A DNA stretch of 64,000 nt from Candidatus Multivoradales bacterium (GTDB lineage Bacteria > Acidobacteriota > Thermoanaerobaculia > Multivoradales > J023): NCBI GenBank assembly GCA_965248925.1, contig CBDFLE010000006.1, positions 320,001 through 384,000 on the forward strand, in the 5' to 3' direction. How positions within the stretch are numbered: the stretch's first letter is position 1; each line of letters starts with the position of its first letter. A program made the position numbers and the translations under genes. Of the stretch, positions 45,801 through 57,800 are shown one piece after another. The notes beneath the pieces were generated by a model that saw only the letters and a list, made by a program, of their open reading frames with translations, was not told the origin of the DNA and did no database searches.

Positions 45801-48800
45801 GGTGGCAACGCCAGGATCGCCGCCGAACACAGGGGCAGGAAAATCTCGAAAATCGAGGCGTCGAAATTGGCCGAGGCATACTGCAAGACCCGCTCGTCGC
45901 GCCGAGAGCCAAGGCGCGAGCGCTGCACCTGCAGAAGATTCCGCAATCCGCCGTGGCTAACCACCACCCCTTTGGGGGTGCCGGTCGAGCCCGAGGTGTA
46001 AATGATGTAGGCCGCTTGCTGCAATGGAGGATCCGCAGCTAGCCAGCCTCCAGACTGTTGCTCGCCGAGTTCTGGCGCAGCGGCATCGAGCAGCAGGCAT
46101 TGCAGGCCATCGACCTCTCCCAGGATGCGTTGCTCAATCGCCGCCGTGGTCAGCACCAGCCCACAGCCGCTATCCCGCAACATGAACTCCAACCGGTCGC
46201 GCGGATACTCCGGATCGAGGGGAAGATAGACCCCACCGCTCTTGAGAATCGCCAGCAGAGCCGTAATCCTGGCCGGAGAACGCTCTAGACAGACCCCTAT
46301 TACCACCTCCCCCCCACTCCCCCGGGCGACCAGCAGCCGCGCCAAGCAATCGGCTTGGCGGTCGAGTTCGCCATAGCTCAAGACTTGATCTTCGAACACC
46401 ACGGCGATGGCGTCGGGCCAGCGGCGAGCCTGCTCGGCAATCATCTGGTGCGCCCGCAGAGGGGTGGGCAGAGCCGCTTCGCTGTCGTTGAAATCGGCCA
46501 GCAGCTGCTGCCTTTCGCCACCGCTCAGCATCGGCAATTGGTCGAGGGGCAGCTGCGGTGAATCGACCAGACCGGCGAGCAAGCAGCGCAGGTGACCACC
46601 GAGACGAGCGACGGTCGCGGCCGAAAAGTGGGCCTCGCTCCAGGCCACTTTGAGCACCAGGGTCTGATCCAAGTAGGCGATCAGCGCCAGCGGATAGGGG
46701 GCAGCTTCAGCGGCCTCGAAGCGGCTCACCGTGAAAGGCAGCGCAGGCGCCGCCTGAGCCAGCGAAGTCGCCGCTGGGTAGTTCTCGAACACCACCAACG
46801 TGTCGAAGATGGCCTGTCCTCCGGGCACCGAGCTGAGGGCTTGAATGGCCTGCAGAGGAGCGTATTGGTAGGGCTCGCGTTCCACCTGCTGCCGCCACAG
46901 GTCAAGAGGCAGCTCAAGGGCGCTCGCGTACTCCTGCAGGCGAACCCGCACCGGCAGGGTGTTGATGAACAGACCGACCATCGATTCGATGCCGCTGAGT
47001 TCCGGCGGGCGCCCTGCCACGGTGCTGCCGAAGAGCACTTCGCGGCGGCCGCAGTAGCGCGACAAGAGCAGCGCCCAGGCGCTCTGGCAGAGCACATTGG
47101 CGGTCAAGTGATGCTGTCGAGCGAAGCTCTGCAAAGCCGCCGTGGCGCTGGCCGACAAGCGCACCAGGTGCTCCCGAACGCCATCTGCGGCACCCTCCGC
47201 CAACCTCGTGGCGGATTCCGCTTTGCTCGCTCTGGAAGGGTCTTCTGGCAACGCCGTAACCTCTTCAAAGTCCCCCAGGTAGGCACTCCAAAAGCTTGCG
47301 TCGCGACTCTGATCGCGGCTCACCAGCCAGGCGATATAGTCACGATATGGGCGCGGTGAAGGCAGCTCCCAGCGCTGGCCAGCCGACAGGGCTTGATAGC
47401 GTCCCCAAACCTCGCGCAACAGCACCGAGATCGACCAACCGTCGAGCAACGCATGGTGGTTGCTGACCACCAACTCGTAACGCGCCTCACCACTGCGGAT
47501 CAGGGCCACTCGCAACAGCGGCGCCCGCGCCGGGTCGAAGCCCGTTTGCCGATCGGCCGCCAACCAGCATTGGATTTCCTGCTCCAACCCGCCGGCCTCG
47601 TGGTCGGTCCAATCCAGCACCGTCCAGGGTAGTTCCAGGACTCCACATTCCACCTGCAACGGCTGCGGGCCATCGTCCAGCAGCATCGCGCAACGCAAAG
47701 CGGCATGGCTGGCGAGGATTTGCCGCCAGACCTCGTGCATCAGCTCCGGGATCACTTTCCCCTGCAAGGTGAGGCGCAGCTGCACCCCGTAAATCGAGCT
47801 GCTGGAGCCCGGCGAATCGCGGCGGTCGTAGTAGGTCTGGAAGAGCAAGCCGGCTTGCAGCGGACTCAGCGGGAAGACATCCGCCAGCGCCGGCAAGCGC
47901 TGCTCGATCTCGTCCAAGCGTTCCTGGCTGAGCTCCACCAGCGGGAAATCCGAGGGGGTGTGGCCACCGCCGCCGGACTGCCGACACTCCTCGATCAGCT
48001 GCTGCAACGCGGTGGTATAAGCCGCCGCCAATGCTTCGATCTCAGCCGCGGAAAAGCAAGGGCTGTAGGTGAAAGTGAACCGCAGCCGGCCTTCGACGAT
48101 CGCTCCATTGAGATCGATCAAGTGCGAGCGCCGACGCCGGGGATCATGCTGCTGACCGCGATGAGCCTGTTGGTCGAGCTCCCAGGAGCCGCCCAAAGAA
48201 GTGAACTGGCCGAGATAATTGAACGACACCAGCGGTTCGGGCAACGCCGCCAGAGTGCCCGCGGTGGTGGGATTGAGGTAGCGCAACAAGCCATAGCCGA
48301 GACCCTTGTGGCGGATCGCCCGCAGCTCCTCCTTGACCCGCTTGAGAGCGGCGCCTGGAGCTTCCGGATCGGTGCTGATGCGGATCGGGAAAGCGGCGGT
48401 GAACCAACCGACGGTGCGCGCGATATCAAGCGCCGTCAGCCCGCTGGCGGTCGCCAAGTCTTCGCGGCCGTGCCCCTCCAAGGTCAGCAGCAAATCACCC
48501 TTGGCGGGCAAACCTCGCTGACTGCACCAGGTGGCGAAAGCCCTGCCCAGGGCGCTCAGCAGGGCGTCGTTGATCTCACTGCGGTAGGCGCTGGCGACTT
48601 CCGTCAACAGAGCCTCGGTCGCTGGTCGGTCGAGCGAGATCTCGACCGAGTCCGCCGCCCCAACCCGACCTAGCTCGGCCCGCGAGTCGCCCCTCAAGAT
48701 GGACAATAAGGCAGCGGGAGCTTGTATCGCCTGCCAGGTAGTTAACTCTTGCTGGATCAGCTCAGTTTCCGCCACCGCGACCAGGTGATTGGCCCAGTTT

Positions 48801-51800
48801 TGGTAGGAGTCTCCTGTCACCACCGGCGAAGGGCTGCGCCGCTGCCGAAGATCGTGGTAGAAGCGTGGTAGTTCCGTCAGCAACAGACGCCAAGAGACTC
48901 CGTCCACCACCAGGTGATGCACCACCAGCAGCAGACGAGCGGGCCGCGCCGAGCCCAGCAGACACAGGGCCGCGCGCAGCAACGGCGGACGGGAAAGATC
49001 CAGACTGCCCTGGGTTTGGGCATCGAAAAGCTCGAACTCCCGCCGCCAGCGCGGATCCTTCGCCGCCGTCAGCCGTGATAAATCACAAACCGTCAACAAC
49101 CGGGTCGCCGGATCCACCGTGCCGTAAGTCTGCCGCCAACCCCCGCCAAGGTTGAAGAAACGCAACCTGAGAGCATCATGAGCCGCGACCCACTGCCACA
49201 GCGCAGCCGCCAAACAGTCCCCATCCAGGGTGGCGGGCACCGCCAGCGAGACCGATTGATTAAAATGATCATAAGGACCCGGCTGAGCAAAGAAAGCACT
49301 TTGAATCGGCGTCAGGGGAACTGCGCCGTAGGGGATTTCGCGCTCTTTTGCGATCACCGGTGCAGCTTGCTCAGCTGCGCCCAAACGCGGTAGATGCGCC
49401 GCCAGCCCGGCGATGGTCTGGTGGCGGAAAATATCCTGACTGGACACTTGCAGGCCGGCCTCGATTGCCCTCGAGGCTGCTTGTAAAACCAGAATGCTGT
49501 CGCCACCGGACTGGAAGAAATTCTCCTCGACGCCCAAGGGGTGCTCCGCATCGCGGCCCAACAGGGACGACCAAATGTGGCATAGAGTGCGCTCCGCGGC
49601 ATTGCGCGGGCCGCGAGATGATACTGCCTTTGAAACCGTTTCGATGATCTGGCACAGCACCGCCCGGCGGTCCACCTTGCCGTTGCTCAAGGTCGGCAGC
49701 GGCTGTTCGACGATGGCCAGAATCGACGGCATCATAAAGTCGGGCAGCGTGGCCCCGAGGAAGCTGAGCAACTCGGCTTCGGTGACGGTCTCCGCCAACG
49801 TTCTGACGGCAGCCACCAGCCGCTGTCCCCCCTCCCTCTCCTGCGCCAGAACGCAAGCCTCCAGTACTTCCGAGTGGCTCAGCAGCCGAGCTTCGATCTC
49901 TCCCACTTCGATGCGAAAACCACGGATCTTCACCTGCTGATCGAGCCGCCCCGAGAGCTTGATGTCCCCGCTCGGCAGAAACCGCGCCAAGTCGCCAGTG
50001 AGATACAAACGCCCGCCAATGTGCGTCCCATGAGGATCGGGCACAAATCGCTCAGCGGTTTGCCTTGGCCGCTGCACATAGCCGCGAGCCAAACCCGCTC
50101 CCGCCAGCACCAACTCCCCCACCGCCTCCTGCGGCACCGGTTGCAACCTGCGATCGAGCAGCAGGGCTCGGGTCTGGTCGATCGGCCGGCCGATGGTCTG
50201 CGGACCGCCCACCCGGCGCAAAGTGGCTGTCGAGTAGGTCGTGTCCTCACTGGGTCCATAGAGGTCGTGAACCTGCTGCACCGAGGGCAAGGCGTGCAGG
50301 GAGTCGACGAGCTCTGGGGTCAGCGGCTCCCCCGCCAAGTTGAACACCAGAACGTTGGCGGGCACGCTGCTCGCGCGCACCATTTCCGCCGCCGCGGACG
50401 GCACCGTGTTGATCAAGGTCACCCGCTGGCGCCCGGCGAGGTCGGCCACCGCCAGTGCATCGTCCGCCAGCAGCAGGGTGCCACCGACCGACAAGGGTAG
50501 AAAGATCTCGAAAACCGAAAGATCGAAGCACACCGAGGTCGCCGCCAACACCCCTGCCAGGCTGGCTGGCGAGTAAACGGTGACAGCCCAGTCCAGCAAG
50601 GCGGCGACCGAACTCTGGCGAACACCCACCGCCTTGGGCCGGCCGGTAGAGCCCGAGGTGTAGATAAGAAACGCCAACTGCTGGGGATCGATGGGAGCAG
50701 CAGCAGGATCAGCCGCAGGATCAGTCTTCAGATCCTCCCAGAAAACCATTTCCCGCCCACGCTGGGCAGCCGCCGCGGCCAGGCCATCGACCGCCAGGCC
50801 GCGGCGGGTGACCAGCGCCGAGACCGCGGCATCGGCCAGCATGAAAGACAGCCGCTCTTGGGGATAGACCGGATCCAACGGCACATAGGCGGCACCGGAC
50901 TTGAGAATGCCCAGCAGGCTGGCGATCAACTCCGGACGACGGTCGAGCAAGACCGCCACCCGCTGCTCCTGGCCGATACCACGCCCCAGCAAGCGGCTGG
51001 CCAGCAGATCGGCCTGGCTGCTGAGTTCGGCATAGGTCAACTCCTGTTCGCCCCAAACCAAGGCAACGGCTCCAGGCGTGCGCCGCACCTGCGCCGCGAA
51101 GCGATCGTAGATGCCGACCAAGGGGCGCCGAGAGTCTTCACCGCGGGCGGTATCGTTCCAGCCGTGCAAGACCTGGAACCTCTCCGCCGCGGGCAGCGAA
51201 CTGAGTTCGCTCAGCTGCTGGTCAGGATGGGCGACGAAACCATCCAGCAAGATCCCCCAATGTCTCACCAGGCGTTGGATCAGCGGCGGATCGAAGAGGT
51301 CGCGGTTGTATTCCAGCCCGGCCGCGTAACCACTATCAGCCTCCATCAGGTAGAGGGTGAGGTCGAATTTGGCAACCTCGTAGCGCTGCGCCAGCTCAAC
51401 CACCGTCAGACCCTTCAAGCGCAGGGGCGGCGCCGGAGTGTTCTGCAGCGAAAGCATCACTTGGAAGAGGGGGGAGCGGCTGGGGTCGCGCCCTGGGTTG
51501 AGTGCTTCCACCAGGCGCTCGAAGGGTAGATCCTGATGGGCGAAAGCAGCCAGGGCAGTGTGGCGCAGAGCGATGATGCGTTGCCGCGCGGTGTCGCCAG
51601 CGGACAAGACATTGCGCAACACCAGAGTGTTGACGAACAGCCCGATCAGCGGCTCGAGTTCGGTGAAGCCGCGATTGGCCACCGGAATACCCACGGCAAC
51701 TTCGGCAGCACCACTGAAGCGCCCCAGCAACTCTGCAAAAACCGCTTCCAGCACGAGAAAAGGCGTGCCTCCAGCTGCTTTCGCCAATTGCCGGACCCCA

Positions 51801-54800
51801 GCGCTGCGCGCCGCGCTCAGGCTAAATCTCTCCAGCCCACCGCGAAACGTCTGCACCGCGGGCCGGGGTCGCGAAAACGGCAAATCGAGAGCTTCGGGGG
51901 CCCCGGCAAGCTGCCGAGTCCAATACTCCAGCTGCCGCGCCAAGGCCGCGCCCGCCAGCTGCCGCCGCTGCCACAGGGCATAGTCCGCATAGTGCAGCGG
52001 CAGCGGCTGAAGGGTGGCCGGCGAAGCCTCCACCGGGGCGTCAGCCGGATAGTCGCGAGCACAGAAAAGCCGATAGAAGGCGCCTAATTCCTGATTCAAG
52101 ACCCCCAGCGACCAGCCGTCCGCCACCCCATGGTGCAGATTCAGCGCCAGCACGTGGGCGTCGTCTCGCAGGCGCACCAAGCAGGCGCGAAAGAGGGGTC
52201 CCCGTTGCAAGTCAAATGGCGTGGCGGTATCGCCAGCCACCAGCGCCACCGCCTGCGCCTCGGCGATGGCCGCAGATAGCCATGAGAGATCGACCACCGG
52301 CAAGCGACAATCAGCCGCCCCGATCACCTGGCGAACCTCACCCACCAGTTGTTGACCGGTCTCGGCCGCGGCCTCGGCAGTGCCCATTTCGCTCGGCTTC
52401 GCCAGCGCAAAATAAGTCCGCAGGCTCTCGTGACGAGCCACCAGGGCGCCCAGGGCCTGGGCCAACGCGGAGACCTTCAGATTCCCATCGAGACGCCAGG
52501 CGGTAGGCAGGTTGTAGGTGGCGGAGGGACCTTCCAGACGATCCAAGACCCACAGCCTCTGCTGGGCAAAGGACAGCGGTAGCAGAGTCGGTCGCGAAGC
52601 TGCTGTCGGTGGCGAAAGGGCCACCCCCCGGCCTTGCAAAATCGGCATTCGGGCGGCCAGCGCCCGCACCGTCGGGTGGCCGAAAACCTCCCGCAGAGGC
52701 AGCTCGACAGCGAAGGTTTGGCGCACCAGAGCGGCCAGACGAGTCGCCGTCAGACTGTGCCCTCCGAGCTCAAAGAAGTGGCTCTCGCGGCCGATGTTGG
52801 CCACCTCCAGGTCCAGGACTTCAGCCCAGATACCGCAGAGCAGCTCCTCTTGCGGAGTCCGCGGCGCGATCCTCTCCACCGCTCCAGAACTCTTCACCGC
52901 CACCGCCCGCTGTTGCAATAGCCGGCGATGCAACTTGCCGCTGGTGGTGAGCGGCAAGCGATTGAGCAAGGCGATCGCCGCAGGCACCATGAAAGGTACC
53001 AGCCGATTCGCCAGCACCTCCCGCAAGGCACTCACCAAGGGCTGATCATCGACCTCACAGAGCTCTCCGCCTGAGCCCTCGCTGGCGGCGGGCACCACGA
53101 ACGCGATCAACCGGCGGTCACCGGAAGGCAGCTCCGCCACCACCACCGCCGCTTCCCGCACCGTCGCCTGGGCCTCGAGCAAGACCTCGATCTCCGCCGG
53201 CTCGATGCGGTAGCCCCGCACCTTGACTTGGCGGTCGCAGCGGCCCAGGAACGCGATCTGCCGGGCGCCGTCATAGCGGGCCAAGTCGCCGGTCGAGTAG
53301 AGCCTCTCACCGCCCCCTTCGGCGAAGGGATCGGGCACCAAGCGGGCGGCGGTCAGCCGGGGCCGCCGCCAATAGCAGCGGGCCAGGTTGGCGCCGGCGA
53401 TGTAAAGCTTCCCCGGCACGCCGATCGGCAGCAGGCCCAAACCCCGACCCAGCAGGAAAATCCGAGTCCTGGTGATGGGCTCGCCGATCGGCGGCCTGAG
53501 CGGCCACTGCGCGACCGCCGTCGGCAGAGCGAAAGAAGTGACTACATGAGCTTCGGTCGGCCCATATTGGTTGTGGAAGGAACACCCGGGAAGGGTGGCA
53601 AAAAAGGCTCGTAGCTGGCTGGTGGTCTGCGGCTGCTCACCCGCCGTGTAGACCTCGCGCAGAGCACCAGGTGCCAGAGCCCCACCTGCCGGCCCGCCAT
53701 CCTCGGCCGCCACCGCCAGCGCTTGCAAGCCGACGAAGGGCTGGTGCATGCGCTGAATGCGCTGCCGCTGCACAAGAACCAACAGAGCGGGGGCGTCGCG
53801 CCGCAGATCCTCCTCCACCAAAACAACTTCGCCGCCGCTGCACCAGGTCTCGAACAGCTCTTGCACCGACACGTCGAAGCTCAAGGGCGCCAGCTGAAGG
53901 GTGCGCAGCCGCTGCTCAAAAGTCCCCAAGCCGGTCTGCCAGCGGATCAAATTGGCGATCGCCCCCCGGCTCATAGCCACCCCCTTGGGGGCACCGGTCG
54001 AACCCGAGGTATAGAGCAGGAAGAGGAGGTTCTCAGCGCTGGCGGTCTCAGCGAGAGGTTCAACCTGTTCAGCCAGGACCCCGGTGGTGGCCGCGAGCGC
54101 CGCGATGGAGATCCCCCGATCACCCCAGGAGAGGGCCAGCTCTGGCCCCGGCTGGGCGTCAGCTGCACCAGCCCCCGGCTCGTCGCACAGCACCAACGCT
54201 GGCGCCGCGTCGTCCACCATGCAGCGCAAACGCTCCAGCGGGTAGGCCGGATCGAGAGGCAACCAGGCGCCGCCGGCTTTGAGCACCGCCAATACCGCTT
54301 CCGCCATGGCCAGCGACCGGCGTAGGCAAATGCCGACCACCACATCAGGGCCAACGCCCCTAGCCCTCAAACCGCGGGCCAGGCGGTCACTGCGCCGATC
54401 GAGCGCCCGATAGGTCAAAACTTGGTCGCCAAAACGCAGCGCCGGGGCCTCGGAAAAGGCCTCCACGGCAGTGGCAAAGGCAGCTTGCAGACTGATGGTA
54501 GGACCGTCGATGGCTGTGTTGTTGAAGTCACTCAACAGCTGCCGGCGTTCCGTCTCAGGCAGCCAGGGAAGGTCGAGAACTCCCTGCTCCAAGCCGGCGG
54601 AGAAACCTTGCAACAGAACCACGTACTGCGCTGCCAAGCGGCGGATCCGCTGGCGCTCAAAAAGAGTCGGGTCGTACTTGAAGACCAGAGTCAGCCGCTC
54701 CTGGAGTTCCAGCACCTCCAGGCTGAGCTCGATCTCACCCACTTGATGAACACCGCCTATCGGTTCGAGGGCGAGGCTCTGATTCTGCCGCCCGGGACCG

Positions 54801-57800
54801 TACTCCAGATCTTGCCGAGAACGCAGGTTCTGCCAGATGAAGCTGGCTTGAAAGAGCGGCGAACGATCGGCCGCGGAGGGAATTTGCAAGGCTTGAACCA
54901 GGTTCGGCAAGGGCAGATCGGCGTGCTTTAGCAGACCGAAAACCGCCTGCTGAACCGCCGCCAAGAAGCTCTCCAAGGGTGGATTGCCAGCCATCTCGAG
55001 ACGCAGCGGCAGCAGGTTGACGAAATAGCCCACCACCCCGTCACAGAAACCCTCCGGCCGTCCCGTGACCGCCGTGCCTATCACCACCTCCCCTTGCCGC
55101 GCGTGGTGCGCCAGCAACAGGCCAAAGGCACCCAGGCCAAGACCGAAGGGACTCGTCCGACAACGCCGGGAAAGCTGGCGCAAGGAGGCCACCAGATCCT
55201 CCTGCAACTCCACCTCGAAATAGTCGCCGGTGAAACTCCGCACCGCTGGCCGCGGAAAGTCGAGCGCCAGGTCCAGCCCTCGCGGCGCTCCCACCAGCTG
55301 CTGGCGCCAGTAGCCGAGCAAGGACTCACCGACCGGCGAGGCGAGCATCTCCCGCTGCCAGACCTGAAAAGCGGCGAAACTCCGTCCCAGCGCCGGCAGC
55401 TCGGGTCGCCGAGCGGCCGTCAAGGCGCTATAGACCGCGAGCAACTCGTCGATCAACACTTCGTACGACGCCCCGTCGAAGACCAGGTGATGAATATTTA
55501 GCAGCAGAATCGGCCGCCGCGGACCACGGCTGAAGAAGAAAACCCGCAGCAGCGGTCCTTCTTCGAGATCAAAGGGACGGCGGGTGGTGGCGAGCAAATG
55601 CTCCACCACGCCTTCCTCCTCGAGCTGCGAGAGGTCCACTTGCTGGAACTGCACGGACCGCTCCCTCAGCACTATTTGGCGGGGCTCGCCTTCGATCTCC
55701 CGAAAGACCGTGCGCAACGCCGGATGGCGATCCTGAAGCAGTTGGAAGCTGCGTCGCAACAGCGCCAGATCCACCTGCCGATCGAGGCGGAAGGCGAAGG
55801 GAATGTTGTAAGCATAGGTCTGCGCGGCTAGGCGGCAAACGAACCAGATGCCGTGCTGCGCCGTGGTCAGCGGCAACGAAGACTTGGCTAGCGCGGCCCT
55901 GGCCAAGCTTCGGTCGGCGGCGGAGGAGACACTAACCGCGGCCTGTCGGCGAGGGCGGTAGAGGCTCTGCGCCTCGCCGCCAAAGCCCTTGCCGCGCTGA
56001 TCGAGACACAGATCCGGAGGCTCAGGCCCGGCCGCCAAAGCCTCGACAATGGCTTCGGCCATGGCATCAGCCTGCGCTCGCGAGGTGCCCAGAGGAACCG
56101 CCAAGCGCACCAGGTCATTGAGCGCGCTACTTTGCTGCAAGCCGGCCAGATGGCCGCCGCCCCGAATGCCGGTTTCGAGGTAGAGCCAAGCCAGGAAGGA
56201 AGGCACCGGCAGCTCCAGCTGGCGAAAGCCCTCCACAGCTCGCGGCCGCAGCAGGACACAATGAGTACCGGCTGGCGTGACCACCGCCACTCCGGCCGCG
56301 CTCAGACCCCGCACCATCGTCCGCACCGCCGCCAGGCGCTGCCGACCACGCTGCAAGATAGCTGGCCGATCGGCCAACGCCGCGGCCAATAACCGGCGTT
56401 GCGAGCGGTCGAGATCAAAACCCCGCTGCTCGGCCTCTTGCTCCATCCGCCGCTGCAGAGCGGCCTCTCGACAACAGACCACGCCGCCAAAGTTGATCGC
56501 GAAGTCCTTGGCCAGACTGGCGGTCAGGAAGTCGGCGGTGGCGCAGATCCGCCGCAAGGTAACGACGGCAGCAGAGTCGTTACCGGCAGAGTCGTCGCCA
56601 GCGCCGGCATCGTCCGCCGCCGACCTGCTCCGCTGCTCAATCAGCAGCACATTCTCCAGCATCCGAGTAGCATCGATCAGCAGCGGCACCCCGGCTCGGC
56701 CCAGGGCCTGCTTGGCCGCCAGCAGATCGTCTAAATCAACCGGATAGCCACCGGCACCGTTGCTGCTCAGTTCCAGACAAGCCAGCACCGGCCGGTGCCG
56801 GGCCAGATACTCATCTAGAGCCTGCGGATCGAAGCCACCGCGAAAGAGCACCGTCGACGAGAGCTTGAATATTTCCGCATGGGGCACCTCTTGCCCGATC
56901 AAGCCATGCTCGATCTGCCACTTCAGCTGGGTCGGAAAGAGCAGGTTCTGCACCACCTCGCCGCCCCCCTCCTCCGCCCACGAACGCCAAAAGACCTCTT
57001 CAGCCGCTCGCCCAGAAACCGTTAACAAAGTGTGCTCGAAGGGGAAAAACTGCCGCAACAGAGCCTCTAGATCCGGATCGGCGGCGGGGCGGGTGAGCAA
57101 CTCACCCATCCGTGAACGTATGTCCGGCGTATCTAGTTGAGCCCAGGAGTCCGTCTTCAGATCGGCCGCCACGGCCAGACTGTCGAGCAGCAGGGGATTG
57201 AATCCGTGGCGCCGCAATTGGGCCAGCCTCTGAGTCCGCGATGCTGCCGCGGTGAGGGCCTCGGCCACCGGCGTTTCTTCCTCGGCCGTGGGCTCTGGGC
57301 GGTTCTCTTCCACCACCGCCGCAACTTCGGGGTTGGCCAACATCATCAGCGAATCGACGATGCGGTCGGCGGCGCTGTCGAGAGGCCGGCAGAGGTAGAG
57401 CTGGGTGTTCTCGGGATGGAACTTGTTCTTGAACTGCAAGTTGCCGGCACCATCGAAGACACCCCGCTGGCGCAGCTCGCCGAGCACCTCTTCACCTTGT
57501 GGATCCGTCTCTTCGGCGCCCTCCAGCCGGGCGCCGAAGGTGCCCCCCAGGCTGTAGGCCTGCCAACCCTCTGCCGCCAAGGTTCGCAGAATGTGGGTGA
57601 TTCCGAACTCCAATCCCCCCAGAGGCATCTCGCGGCCATAGAACTCAAGGTCCATCAAGTACCCCCGCCCATTCGCCAGGGCGGTGATGACAATCACGTT
57701 AGCGAGGCGGTCGCCGAGCCAGGTGAGGAAGATCCGGTGACCCACCGCCAGGCGGCCAGCCGCCAGCTCGGCCCGCACTGAGCGGATGTAGGGATTGACC

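Noticed and set aside
55950-57230. PLP domain as a mycosubtilin-type aminotransferase (AMT)
   Set aside because: It lacks class-III aminotransferase motifs (e.g. FDEVxTGFR); its motifs match the tryptophanase/beta-eliminating lyase family, and the upstream KR/DH would remove the beta-keto substrate.
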